Below the pieces are notes generated by a model. That model worked only from the letters and a program-made list of their open reading frames with translations. It searched no databases and was not told the DNA's origin. A stretch of 64,000 bases of DNA, from the NCBI GenBank assembly GCA_028534125.1, contig CM052832.1:21764001-21828000 (forward strand). Reading direction: 5' to 3'. The position numbers and the translations under genes were made by a program. This document shows, one piece after another, positions 40,601-54,122 of this stretch (the stretch's first letter is position 1; each line of letters opens with the position of its first letter). Origin of the DNA: Lama glama. Its lineage: Eukaryota.

Positions 40601-43600
40601 AAGTCAAAACCAACTCCTTAAAAGCAATTATTTAAAATAACTTCAAATACCTACTTAGTACAGATTTAAGATTCTAAGCAATCATATGTATGCTTCATCA
40701 CCCTTCATTTCACAGAGATACATTGGTTAAACATCTCCTGTACAGACAGCTTTTCAGGACCAAGAGTAACAAAACCATCAGTCAAAGCCTTTCTGCACTA
40801 ATCGCTTTAATAAGAAACTTTAAGTACTTCATTCATTCTGAAAATTCTTGCTCTGATGGAGAGACATAGCTAGACCAAAGCAAGCATTTGGCATACCAGA
40901 TTTCACAGATTTCAAGATAAGCTGAACTCCTCCATCACAAGTCCAGTTAATGAAGAGGTGAGCAAGATTGTCATGATAACATAATAGTTCTCTAAGAGAT
41001 GCCAAAAGTTCAGTAATGACTGTGCAAAGGCATGCTATTTTCATACTAGCCTGAGACAAATTTCATTATATCCTGCCGAGACTTCAGTAATATGCAGCCT
41101 GTACTAATAACATCTGATAAATTATTCATCTTCACCATCTACATGCAAATAAAGGAACGTATCTCTGCCCGATGATATAATGAGTTATTTTCCAATCCAA
41201 TGATTCATTAAAGAGAGGCAGGGCAGACCTAACAATAGTCTGGTTTTTTTAATTGAAAAAATGTACTACACTAAAAACAATATAGGAAGTAACAGAAAAG
41301 TCTCTCATTATATCTGGTCAAAGATAAAAGGAAGGAAATTCAACCACATAACAACTATTTTTTTAAAAAGCAGACTAGCAGAATAAAACTTTTGTTATAT
41401 ACCATCTCTTTTAAAAACCATTTTACAAACAAAATTGCTGCTTTGAATTAACCCCTTAAATCTATGGACCATGGAATAAAAACATTTACTCCAAATCATT
41501 ACCCGTTATGTGTGCAGTTATCAGTATTATGACCATCTAAAACCAATTGCTATTTGACCGAATAAAGAATAAAACTGAAGATGTCTTAAAGAAGGTATGT
41601 CTTTGGGAGGAAAAGGAGAAGAAATGAGGACTCAGGAACAGGATATACGCTGAGGGCAACATGTGAAAGGGAAAAGGAAAAATTCTGGAGCTGATTTATA
41701 CTGAAAATGAACATGCTCTACTTATGAAGGGACCAAGAAGCAAGAAGCACCATTAGACACTAACACACCACTTCTCTGTTCAGCCCCCTCAGGTAGCCAC
41801 TGATGCCTTGTGCTGCGATGGAAAAACAATGGCTGCTCAGCGAGGGCCTATTTATTTTGTGACAGTGCAAACTTCATCACCCCGTGCGGCTAGACTGAAG
41901 AGAAAAGGAGGAAGAAATTAGGACAACAGAGTTGGAGAGAAAAGGAGACTGAAAATACCAGTTTTTACATCATTTCAATCCCATGTAATAAGCAATTAAA
42001 GGAGGAAGTAACGAAAGGAACAGATGGGAACGACAATGCTTCGTGTGACCAGATCAACTGGTAATAACACGAGACCACTGAGAAGACGGCGACAAAGACG
42101 TTAGTGATTGAAATAGAGATATGTGATTTTAATACAAGGCCGAAAACATAAGAGTGCCCTATTCGTAGAATGGGACGTAATCAAATGTTCCACATCCAAG
42201 ATCTTTTATCTTTTCCATTTTCAATGTAAATTCACATTTCATCTCCTCTAAATAATGGTCAAATATGTCTCAGTGGGTTTCTTAACCATCTTTAATAAAC
42301 ATCTTTCTACGTTGTTACAAGTGTCACATAAAATTCAGTCCTGTTAAAACCAAATTTAATTTTAAGCCTGAGGCTTTCAGCAGTTATTTATAAATCAGTT
42401 ACAAACCCCTGACTCCGTGCTGGTTTTTACATGTGTTCTAGTCCACTAAAGAATGTTACTAACCATTTTATTAGCTAAAATTACTGTATATTACAAAATA
42501 TTGAACCAAAAGCTAGTTTGCTTTATATAGTTCACTATTATATGAACACTTGTGAATTCACAATACTGAAAAACCTCTATGGAAAAAGGCATGTTTTTAT
42601 ACAATAATTGCTATATTCATTGAATCAATATTCAATGTTGTTTATGATCTTTAAGAGCAAAAAATCTTTTCCAAATCCCACAGTGCCAACTGTGTTGAAT
42701 ATTATTTGAGCTGAGGAAAAACATCCCACCCAAACATAATAGAAAGCCTCGTCTGTCAACATGTCAGAAAGCCAATTAGAATGGTCATTCACAAGCAAAA
42801 GAACCAACCTCTGGAATATAAGCATGTACGTATATATTTTTTAAATTGTATGTACATATAAATTGGGTGACAAAAAAAAGGCCCACCTACAAAATATATA
42901 TTAATTAAATTATATGTCTACATAGAACCCAATCCTTCCCCCTCTGGTTCTCAAAGCTAAAATGGGTTGTACAAATTAGCTTTAGAACATCATGACACAT
43001 TACAGAAGCAACAGTAATTCAGCAACTTGGACGCCAATTGTTTATTTCTTTTCCTTTTAATTTCTTTTTCTTCTAAAGGCTCTATAAACAGCCAGACCGT
43101 CCTTCAATACTTCATTCATCCCACGTAATTTTAAAGGCCATTCACTACTTCCTTAATATGTGACCACCCACCTCCACCACCACCAGAGGCTTCAGGCCAA
43201 GGTTTTTTTTCCATCTCTTACTAACTGCTCACTTCACACAAATTCAGTCCTATTAACAGACATTCACAAGACCTCAACTCTGGGTCGGCCTGCTGGAAAA
43301 CTTCCTAGTAAAGCAATTCAACACGATACTGGGGGCAGAGGAGAGAAGACTGGCAGAAAACTCAAGCAAAAAGAAAAAAAAAAAAGAAGAGTAAATTGCA
43401 CTGCAGACATTAATTTTCACTTAAGTAAATTTAGTCACATCAATTTGAATACTGTTTCAGAACATTAGAAAGTGATGCTAATTTACTCAGTTTTTCTACA
43501 AAATGCTTGGAGTTGTTCCTTAACATATCCTTCACAGGCGTTTTAACTACTTAATTACAAAGAAAACCAAAAATTCAGCCAAGTTTCTCTCTACTCCATT

Positions 43601-44097
43601 CAAAGGCATTTCTCACACACAGGTTCCTCTCAAGAAAGCAAGCATCCTCCGATACTCACTCGTAGGTAACTTCCCCTCTAAATATTTTCATTTTAAAAGA
43701 AAAAAGCAAATTAAAACAAAGAAGTTGGGTCAAATCAAAGAAGCAGCTGTGTCACATGCCTAGGTGGGAAAACTTTATGTGAAATCCTAGAACTGACTCA
43801 AAAAGACAAAATGACCACAATGCAAGCGTCAATTTTAGCTACTAAGATTTCAGCAAGTATGAAGAGTTCAAATGTTTATCGAACAATGACACCTAGAAAA
43901 AATTAAAGTAAGAGCAGAGTGATAAGAATAAACTGTCCAAAAAGACAGAATTCAAGGTGTGAATCAAGATGTTGTAAGAGCCTTCTAAGGTACTGAAGTT
44001 ACCAGCAGGGCTTAGAGAGAAAGCTAAGATAAGGTCATACTACAAAATTTAAATCTCCCAAAAGTTTGAGGATTATTTAATAACAAAACTCTTGCTG

Positions 44098-44132
44098 AAA
44101 TGACTATTACTCAATAAAAAAAAGTTAAAAAA
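44098..44132 (+). mobile_element. Ultra-short (~35 nt) L1 3'-terminal insertion with 13-bp TSD
   Basis: AAAACTCTTGCTG (44085-44097 and 44133-44145) flanks AAATGACTATTACTCAATAAAAAAAAGTTAAAA, which matches the L1 terminus at 46124-46141. Confidence 0.8.
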
Positions 44133-44499
44133 AAAACTCTTGCTGCACAATAAAAAGTATCTACACTATAATTAAAATGATCTGAAATGTACGCATGATC
44201 CAGAACTATGTAAGATAAAAGGATGAAAATACGTTGGAATGGAATGTTCTGAGGCAATTTTTTCTTCTATTTGCACAGCAGTGTTGGTAATCATACTAAA
44301 CAAAGAATACACATAAGGAATAATCCTCATAAGCAAGATGTCTTCTTACATTAATGGAGACACCTTCTGGAAGCCAATTACCAGAAGCATTTAATTTTAG
44401 GTTTTAATTACATCTTTTGCAAGCAAATATACCTTTTATAATAGTAAGAGGAGATTTGTGTGGTGCCAACTTATTTTTCACAATCTAAATCAATTGTAC

Positions 44500-44693
44500 A
44501 CCCTACTATATATAAAATGAACAAAAAACAGGGACCTACTATAAAGCACAGGAAACTATATTCAATACCTTGTAATAATCAATAAAGGAAAAGATTCTGA
44601 AAACATACGTGTATACATACGTATATGTATAACCGAATCGCTTTGCTGTACACCTGAAACTAACACTGTAAATCAACTACAGTTCAATAAAAA
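44500..44693 (+). mobile_element. L1 3' UTR terminal fragment
   Basis: CTACTATATATAAAA..GGACCTACTATAAAGCACAGGAAACTATATTCAATA..CTTTGCTGTACACCTGAAACTAACAC..TCAATAAAAA. Confidence 0.88.
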
Positions 44694-45993
44694 GTAGTAT
44701 TTGAAAATATCAAAGTGTACGTCAAGGCATTCAACAGTCAAAGCACTCCCCTGTCAGTAACTCCACATAAGAACTGACCCTTAAAAGAACTCAGTTCATT
44801 GGCTGTCTTGCTGCAGTGGGATCTCCTGAATTCTAAATTTCAGTAGCCGCAAGGCTTTAATGTTTCCACCAATAAAGCTACTCAGTGCTGCAATGTCGGT
44901 AAGTAAAGCATCCATGGCAGCAGTGCAAGAGTTTCATCACCGCTCAGACTCCAAACTATATTCCCAACATTAAACTGCACCAGGTGATGGAAGCAGAGAT
45001 AACAGTCCTTACAATAGCTGGCATTCAAGCTCCCAGAAAATGAGAACAGTAAAATACAAGAACAAGGAACTTGTGAGTCACATTTAACTTTTAGAAACTG
45101 AAGCTCAAATTCCTACCTCCCATCATGAATGAATATGTCAAGTTCCTCCTGCTGTTATTCAAGTCATTATAAAGTGTGACAGAGGAGAGGTGGGAAGCAG
45201 AGAGAGATGGAGAGCTGTCCCATCTATAGATCTTAAAAATGCCTGTCTATCCATCTCCAAACAGAGGTACACACACCTGGACTGTGGGCAGCAGAAAGGC
45301 AATCTAAAAGAGAAGAAGTCAGGGAAGGGGGCATCTGGTGCTTATGTACTGGCTTTAAATTCACACTCTTGCTCCTCCACCCCTTGTGACAGCCATTATC
45401 ACTGCCCTTTATAGACATGGGGACAATGAAATAACTGTAGAAATGTAGAGAAAAAGAAGATGTACATTTCATATCACAACACAACAATGCAAATGCATAA
45501 CTCAAAAGTTCCAACATCCTATAGATGAGCTTAAAAAATGAAGTATGTATGAAATATAATTTTATCAATATTTAAATACAACATAATGACTCTCCAGATA
45601 CACCCCCCCACACACAAAATCTATTCTGTCTTGAGTTACCACACTGATTTAAAGAGATTTAAGGTGCTGAGGAAAACAAACTTGTGAACAGACAACTGGG
45701 ATGAAGTGTCAGAGATGGTCTGATTAGTGTTTCTAGGGACAGTGGGACACCATGAGAGAGTGGTCAACTTTCCCAGAAGAGATGAGGAAAGGCTTCAAAG
45801 AGAGGTGACACTACAGTGTGGGAGGCTGAGCAAGATACAGTTTATGAACATGACCATCTAGATTTTACCGGACACTTGGACACAATACTACTAACACAGC
45901 AAGCATAGTTCTTTGCTACAATTCCTGCTTGCTGGTCATTGTCCACTTCTTAAAACCGCTTATCGTTAAAACCAGATTCCACCGAAAAGATTT

Positions 45994-46152
45994 ATTAGCA
46001 CAGGGAAATATATACAAGATCTTGTGGTAGCTCACAGCGAAAAAAAAATGTGACAATGAATATATGTATGTTCATGTACAACTGAAAAATTGTGCTCTAC
46101 ACTGGAATTTGACACAACATTGTAAACTGACTATAACTCAATTTAAAAAAAA
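45994..46152 (+). mobile_element. Young 5'-truncated L1 3' end with poly-A and 9-bp TSD
   Basis: TAGCACAGGGAAATATATACAAGATCTTGTGGTAGCTCACAGCG..TGACTATAACTCAA+polyA; TSD AAAAGATTT at 45985-45993 and 46153-46161. Confidence 0.9.
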
Positions 46153-49100
46153 AAAAGATTTGACCTCAAGGAGGCCCACTGTGAAAAAAAAAAACCACAC
46201 CTTCAAAATCAAATGTTTCTAAACATAGTTTATGAGGTGGAAATTATGTGAGCTTGAGATGCCTTCTTACTCTCATCAAAAGACTGGTCAAATACTATTT
46301 TTAAAACTTGATTTTAAGAAGTTATAATTAATGCTGAGTATGAAATGTTAAAGACTCAAAGTTATCTACACTGAAATCTTCCCTGTTACAGCTTCAGTGC
46401 TTACCTGGCCTAAACACAAAACTAGAATTTAAAAACCCAGGGATATCCTAGAAAAACTATGGATTTTCTTGACCTAATCATGACAGTAAAAACCTGTATA
46501 AAGTCTATTTCACTTCAAAACCTTCCAAAATTACCCTTAAAAAACACACAACATTCTCTGCAGAATCTCTTTAGCTTTTTATTGGTTAAATTACCTTTTT
46601 ACTGGTTTGCTTACGGTTAAGGAACACTTTTACTCACTCCTTTCCTAAATTAAGCACTAGTATAGCACGGTAAGACTAAAATATTCTTTGCAGAATTTTT
46701 AAAAATGAAACAAATCTTTATTAACAACTTATAAAGAATTTTTTTTCCTGTGGGCACAAAATAAAACAGGAAGTAAAACTGAGAAGGAGGAGAGGAAGAA
46801 AGAGATCCAGGAGGAAACAAGAAATGTGCAGGAAGAAAACGTGTAAGTCAGGATATTTCATATTTCAGGGAACTAGAAATGGGTGAGCCGTGACCTTAGT
46901 CAACAGGCACGAGGGATGGAGGTAACAATACACGGGTCTCACTTTCTCACTTCCCCGCATTCAAGGTAAGCAGCTTAACAGCAAGTAAAGAATTTGAGAT
47001 TAGATGACTAGGTTTCAAATTACAGGGCACGGCTGCCTAGCTGTGTAATCAGCAATGCCAGGGTTCCTGCGGAGTACAAATGAATTAATGTACACGAAAG
47101 GGTAAGCTACAAAGAGCGAGACAGAAGTTAATTACAGATGCTACTATAATTAATGCAACTGTAATCCTATCAAGACCTATAGTGCTAATGAAGTTTCTCA
47201 AAAGCAAGAAGGCAAGGAGATTTTTTAAACTTTCCAACACTCCAAGTTAAAGTCAGATCCCATTTATTTTTAAACCTCTGGAGGGCTAGGAAATAGGTCA
47301 CAAATAATTGCATTGATAATGGTAATCAGATTTGCGAATGATTTTTTAAATATATAAGTTAAAGTAGATTCAAGGTCACGCCTATTAAATTACTCACTTG
47401 CATTCTGCTCCAATTTCTCGAACATGAGGGAGGAGAAAGAAGGTGTAAGCAGTGTCCCAGGATGATCCTGGGTAAGTCTAAGCACCTGGAGAGCCATGGC
47501 TGTGTTCCCACCCCCAGGACATATGAGTGATATGATCCGTACTGCTGTAACGGGCTCACAATGCAGTGATTCTAGGTGAGGGGCCACATGGCAGAATCTC
47601 CAACCCCCAGGGTCTGGTAAACCACCCTGCCATCTTCCCACCCTGGCTAGGAATCCTCTCCCAGCAAACACCCTTGAGAATCACTGCCCCCCAGCAATCT
47701 CAGTCACCAACCAAGACGAAAACTGCCTGTCTCAAGCATGCTCCAAGGTAAAAATGAAAATTGCTTCAGAGAAGCACCAGATTCTTAGGCAGCATTGGGA
47801 AGTACGCTGCCTATCAAATCAGCACCCAGGGCAGCATTACCACGGGGTGGAGTAAAGGCAAAGGAGTCTGAGAACTGTGCTTTATTCAAGACCCTCCTCA
47901 CTGGAGAATACAGAGACGTATGAAGGAAAACTGCATGGTATGTCACCAACATCTTCAACCTCATTTTGTAAGTAGGGAGGCACCAAGAAAGAAAAAGTAA
48001 AATCTGGCACATGGAGATTAGGGTATTGAGAAAAAACTAGTCACATTATAATAACTTTTGCTACAGATCACTGTCCAAAATGTCAACATCTCATTCTAAT
48101 GACAGGCTCTGAAATTCACTTTTACTTTGCAGACTCCAACACTCCTAGAATTTCAGAGCTGAAAGGACCTTACATGTCATACAATTCACAAACCAGGAAA
48201 CGGAAAATCAGTGAGGTTGGGTGGGTTGTTAAACATGACAGTCAGCAGTAGAACCAAGTAGTATTTCAACACAGTTCCCCATATTCTCAGTCCACGATTT
48301 TTACCCATCACAGTCAGCCTTCTGTGCAGCTTAAAGAAATGGTACACTTGAATTTGCAGAGTTACCATAAAGGTTTAATGTGTTAGAAACCATCTTTTAT
48401 AAAGACATTTCAATTACTATTTCTTTATTACTCAATAAAATGTACGCTTCATTATAAAACGGTAGTACTGATAAACTTCTACTTTTAAAAATCCATCCAT
48501 CTTTGATATCCTAACTGGAGATTCTGCAAATAAGTTTCCCCGACCCTCAAAGTAAGAAGTGAATGAAATTCATATTTATTCTCCCAGTCTCAGAAGTAAC
48601 TGCTACATATCTGCTGCATTCTTTGTAGAGTGCTACAGAATGAACTTGTAAAAGACACACATCTCGGAACGTTAAGATACAAAACTTTAGTATCAACTGA
48701 GCATTCTTTCAGCGTATCAACTGCTAACAACATTAGGTTTTCTAAGGAAAGGTCAATGGCATCACCTAACTAATGACATCCTACAAGTTGCTTAAGTAAA
48801 TTCTTCAAATAGTCAACATTTTCAAGAAAAAGAGAAAATCAGATTTAAATTTCTCGTCTAGTTACATCTGAGCCATCAAACTGCTCTATGTTGCTAGTTT
48901 TTTCACTTGGCTGTGATATAATATAGGATTTTACTGGCAATAATGTATTTGCATTTCAGTATTTTTTTCAAAAATGATCATAATTTTTATGCCTATTTTA
49001 ATTTGCTATTGCAATTTTAGATAGTACACTCCTAACAGGACATGGTTTCCACTTTATTTTTAAGGAACCCAACTATAAAGTACTCAAGAACCCACTATTT

Positions 49101-52100
49101 TTATGGAACTCAGCTATAAAGTACTAAAGAAGAATTATCCATACAATACAATTTACTATTGTGTTAAATAAGAATAGCTGAACTGAAAATACCACAATAA
49201 ACCTACAACTTCATCCTCTATTTTAAAAACGTAACAAAGCAGCTAAGATTATCTTCTCAAAGTTTATAGTCCCAACTATTCTCACTACATTTTACTAAAC
49301 AAAAATAGTAGATTCTTTAAATGAAGAGGAAAACTCTTCCAGATATATAATAAAACACATAGATGCATGCAGAGTATAACAGCACTGAACCACATGCCAA
49401 TTCTCTAAGAAGAAAGTTACAAGAAAGGAAGAACTTAAGCATATTGAAGTCTTTAAAAAATTCTACTAATTTTCATGTTTCCTACGAGAGCCTCAAAACA
49501 AGACTAATTGCTCCATGCGGCATTTTTTACTAAATAAACCCAATTAGGGTACATAGAAACTAGAATCTTGTATCTGAGAGTATCAAAAACCTGAAATAAA
49601 ATTACTAATATATAGACATGATTAACGTTTAAACCCGATAGACAGTTTTAACAGTAACAATTTTCACAGAAGTCTAGACTACAAGAATGCACTTTTAGAG
49701 AACTCAACAATACTTGCAGTCTCACTTGCGTGCCATCTGTCAAGGCAATATCAAATCAAGATTTGCAAAGAGTTAACATGCAAGCCCAATTTTCACAGTG
49801 GGCAAGTCCTCATTAATATTCGAACAAGGAAGGATGGGGCTACTTTACCAAACAGATCAGTGGGATCACTAACACAGGGCTAGGTCGTGGGAAGCCTGAG
49901 AGGTTCAGACTTAAGTAATTTCCTTTCCTTGTTCTGAACAATCAAATCCAGTGAACCACTGTAACAGTGTTGTGTGAAAACTACAACTGGGTCATCAACC
50001 TAACAAACTATTCAGCACCATGCACCCTCCACTTTTACCCAGGAACAACAACAAAAAAATCAAAATTAATGAAATACCCAAGTCTTCATATCAGTAAATT
50101 CCATTAATAATAAAAGGCGGTTGCAAACCATAAGATAACACATCTTTGAATAGAAAAGGAAATGTAAGTGCTGAACACACAAAAGCAGTGTAATTAAATT
50201 TCAAACCAACTAAAACATATAACACAATTCTGAAGCCAACACAGCAGAATTCACCTGGGGACACACTTCAGCACTTATCTGAGTTTTCAAAGCTTTAAGA
50301 CAGAAAAATATTAGACAAACTTAAAGTTACTTAACATGACTATTTACAATATTTAAAGAAGACTCTTTCAAGAGCATCTATTGGCTATTTTGTGGCAAAT
50401 AAATTAATACCGGGACTGCTGAGCATTTCTGTGGCTAGAAACAGGAATGATAATTTACCTAATAAAGTTACAAAGTTATAGAAATACAGACAAGACATGA
50501 CACAGTGGTTTGTCTAATAAACAGTCCTTTGCAACTGTAATTCCAAGCCAGCCATTACAGACTAAATTGATGTGAAAAACCAACTTAAAGTCACATGGTA
50601 GAACTTTGCTATACGGGATCATAAAGAACTCTGTTCTCATTTCTAAGGCTATTATGATTTGAAAAATGCTATCTGGAAGAGATACAATAAAAAGAAAGTT
50701 GTTCTAGAAATAATGTATATAAAAAGTACAGGGGACACGTAAAGCTAGAGGACTACGGTTATTTGGAGGAACCAGAGGGGGAAGACAGGAAAGGGGACTG
50801 AAAAGGGCATAAAGTGACACATTTAAGAAGGTGGCAACATGCAGTGTTTACCAAACTGTCATCCCGTATTAATCAGGTACATAAACTTAAAACAGGCTCA
50901 TTGTAAAAAGCTACATAACAGCAATAAATTTCTGGCCCTTTTAGTTATGGGAAAGCACAAGTTATCACTGCTCTACACTAGTGAGACTGGGAAGCGTTTC
51001 CAATGTGTAAAACCAACGCATAACTTTTTCCATGATATTTAGACCACAGTAACAGGTAAGAGATTACAGATGATGAGAGGACGTGTAAGAGCACCCTTTC
51101 AAACCATATTCTGAAAATCAATATAGTTATTTTATTGAAAAGCAAATACTGAAAAAGCAGATGTGTTTCTGTGGTCCAACAGTGTCCAGGTGAACAATGC
51201 TACATATCTAAGCTCTATTCACTTACTCATTAAGTTCGGAAACATCCTCAAGTAAATCACTACTGGACTTCGCAGGGAGGTCACTAAAGTCATTAAAACT
51301 AATAAAACCACACTTGATACAGTTGCGCCTCACAGTCTCAATTTATAGAGTTTATATTCTAAATTAGTATCAAATGCAAAGTACAATTCTGACAGAGTGA
51401 AGATTAATAGCAATGCATTAAATAACAAAGAGCTATTTGGTGAAGTATCTTGGGAATTTAGGTCAGCCTAATCCAAGATCACATCAATTACTGAGAAGTT
51501 AGGGGAAATGAAAAATCAAACATGCAGATTGTACCATATTGGGAAAGCCTTGAATTAACAACACTGCAGGCATTTGAAATTAGACAAAATGAAATACCAG
51601 CTAACATATTAAAACAGCAGAGGCCTCCTTTATTAGAGACTGACTAGAGAAGAATAGGACTTAATAGCGAAAACATTTTTCTATTTTCAATACACAATAT
51701 AAGTATAAGTAAGACCAACCATTGGTCTTACTTATCTGCTTAGACTGTCTTACAAAGACAAAAAAAAATTTTTAAGGTTTTTTTTGTTTGTTTGTTTAAA
51801 GGACTTCATGTACATATATCAGAATAAATAGCCCAATTTATATTCCCTTCAGAGATTTCACTTAGGACTGAAAAAAAGGGGGGGGGGGCTTAATGACCAT
51901 ACAAACCAAGACTAAGGAGTATATGAGTATTTTTAAAATAAAGAAATAATTGTAAAGTCTTTCAACACTATACTTCTTTCCTTGGATTTAGTTACAAATC
52001 TTGAATTATCAAGATGATAAAAAAAAATCCTAAAGTCATTATAATAGGGTCTCTCCTAAAAACAAATGCTACAAATGGATGGAATATTCAGGCCACTAGT

Positions 52101-52499
52101 GAAAGAATAAGAACTCATTCAGAAAAACTTAAATTTTCCATTTTGCTCCAACCAAGACAGATACAAATGGAATATGTTTTGATGGTTTTATTGTAAATTA
52201 CACCAATGTTTTTATCATTTAAATGTTTTTATCACCAATGTATCTTATTAACACATTACGTTACTTGGTATAACATAAGAATGCAAACAGGCTGCAGCAG
52301 AGGCTGTATGTCCAAGCCTCCTTCAAGGAAGACATATGAAGAAAGCCCAACAGGAATCAAATGTGGAAACAAGGCAACGCAAAACCCTTTGGTCAGGCTG
52401 TATTCCACCTGGCCCTTCTGGGCAGAACTTTTTCTCCATGGAGCATTTCTCAATAAGGAGCCCAGCAAAGCAGATGGCACACTGCATAACTGAATTGAC

Positions 52500-52910
52500 T
52501 ATTTACTGAAGTTTGGCAAGGTTAGGAAAACCAACAAGAGACAATGCAGTAGCCCCAGGCCAGCAACAAGGGGGTGCTGTTTCCACCCCAGGCTTGAAAA
52601 GGCAAAGGAGAGGAGCCTGGAGAAACAGAAGAATAGAGAGGGTCCCCTGACAGGAGCTGTGACATTCAGGTTAGGGAAGCAACCCATTCAGGATGAGCAG
52701 GGAAACAGGGAGCGACAGAGGGGAGTGAACCCTCCTATCTCACACTTAAGCCACACTTCCAACCTCTAAGTGGAGAAATCCAACTAGGCGCAAGGTATCC
52801 AACAGGTAGCAAGGATCCTACTGACGCAATCACACAGATCGGGGGTGGGAGGGCCCCATGGACACACAGACGGGTAGAGAATGGATCTGGGGGGGCAGAC
52901 AGAACTTAGC
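52500..52910. mobile_element. Possible ERVL LTR relic (LTR33-like)
   Basis: AACCAACAAG..CCCCAGG..CAGCAACA..CCACCCCAGGCTTGAA and GAGAATGGATCTGGGGGGGCAGACAGAA resemble recalled LTR33-type consensus. Confidence 0.45.
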
Positions 52911-54122
52911 CACTTCAGTGCAGTATCCTAAAATGAATGTAAAGCAAACTGCAAGTAATATACAAGGAGCATCAAATAGCACAACTGGCTGGAGGAAAAG
53001 GTGTACATATGGAACTAGCAGAAGAAAAAGTGAAAATGGTAGAATGAGTTGGAAGTCACAAATTAATCTGGTAAATAACAGGCAACGAGGGAAGGTACAC
53101 ATGCAGGAAAGCAAAATAATCCCAGAAAATGACAGCCATATATACACTGATTGAAAGGAGGGTCACTGATATAAAAGGTTAGTTATTTTATCCCAGTAGT
53201 CTAGGTATTAAGGAGGTAGTAAGAAATCAACATTCACATGAATTTCTGCCCAGTATATCCCAAGTATCTCAAAAGTCTTTTTCATTTAATCCTCTCCAAT
53301 TTACACTGAGAAAACTGAGCCTGAGAAAAGCAATTTACTGAAAGACAACCAAGAAGCAGAGAAACAATGTGGCCCTTGTGACACTTAACTAACTTCTATT
53401 AGCAACAGAAACAGGAAGTGAAGAATGGAAGTTTCACTGACAGGCCCAGATCACCAGCAACTAGGAGATCTCAGATGAGTCACTTAACCCTCTCTTCGGT
53501 CAAATTATGGCCATGTACCAAAATTACTTCTTCCATCTCTAAAATTATCTTGTTGTATTACTAAGACGCAATTTGTCAGCCTTCCCACCCTGAAACCAAC
53601 TTCATCTTCAACTCATCTCTTGTGGTAGACAGACTATCACAATTAAATCCGATTGCAGTCTCTCCAATAAATCTACTCAAGCAAAGGTCTTCAGTGAGAA
53701 GCTATCCCTAATTAACCCAAACTGGAGGTGACAGGCCTTTTGCGATATTGTGATATAATAAGAAATACATATTTGCTCACCATCCCCAGTTCCTGGTGCA
53801 GATCTCTCAAGTTCATAGTTTACATTATGGCTCACTCGTGTTGGTGTTACACCTATGAAGTCATCATCATACCCACCATCACCTAGATTTTCTCCTGTAT
53901 TGTCTTCACTGTCATTAATTTAAAAAAAATATTTAGTGGCCAGTATACATCTGGTACTCAAGACAGGAAACAACATTCTGAAGCAACCCTGAAGCTCTGC
54001 TTCAAGAAGCCCAACTGAACAAGCATTAAGGCAGAGTTGGAATTTGAATCCATGCAAACTAACTCCGATGCCTGTGCTCCTATGTTTGACACTACATTTA
54101 CACTATACCATGACTTCTCTGG

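Noticed and set aside
40829..41059. 76-aa minus-strand ORF as an extra CDKAL1 exon
   Set aside because: Not CDKAL1 sequence, and the two real exons already join in frame without it.
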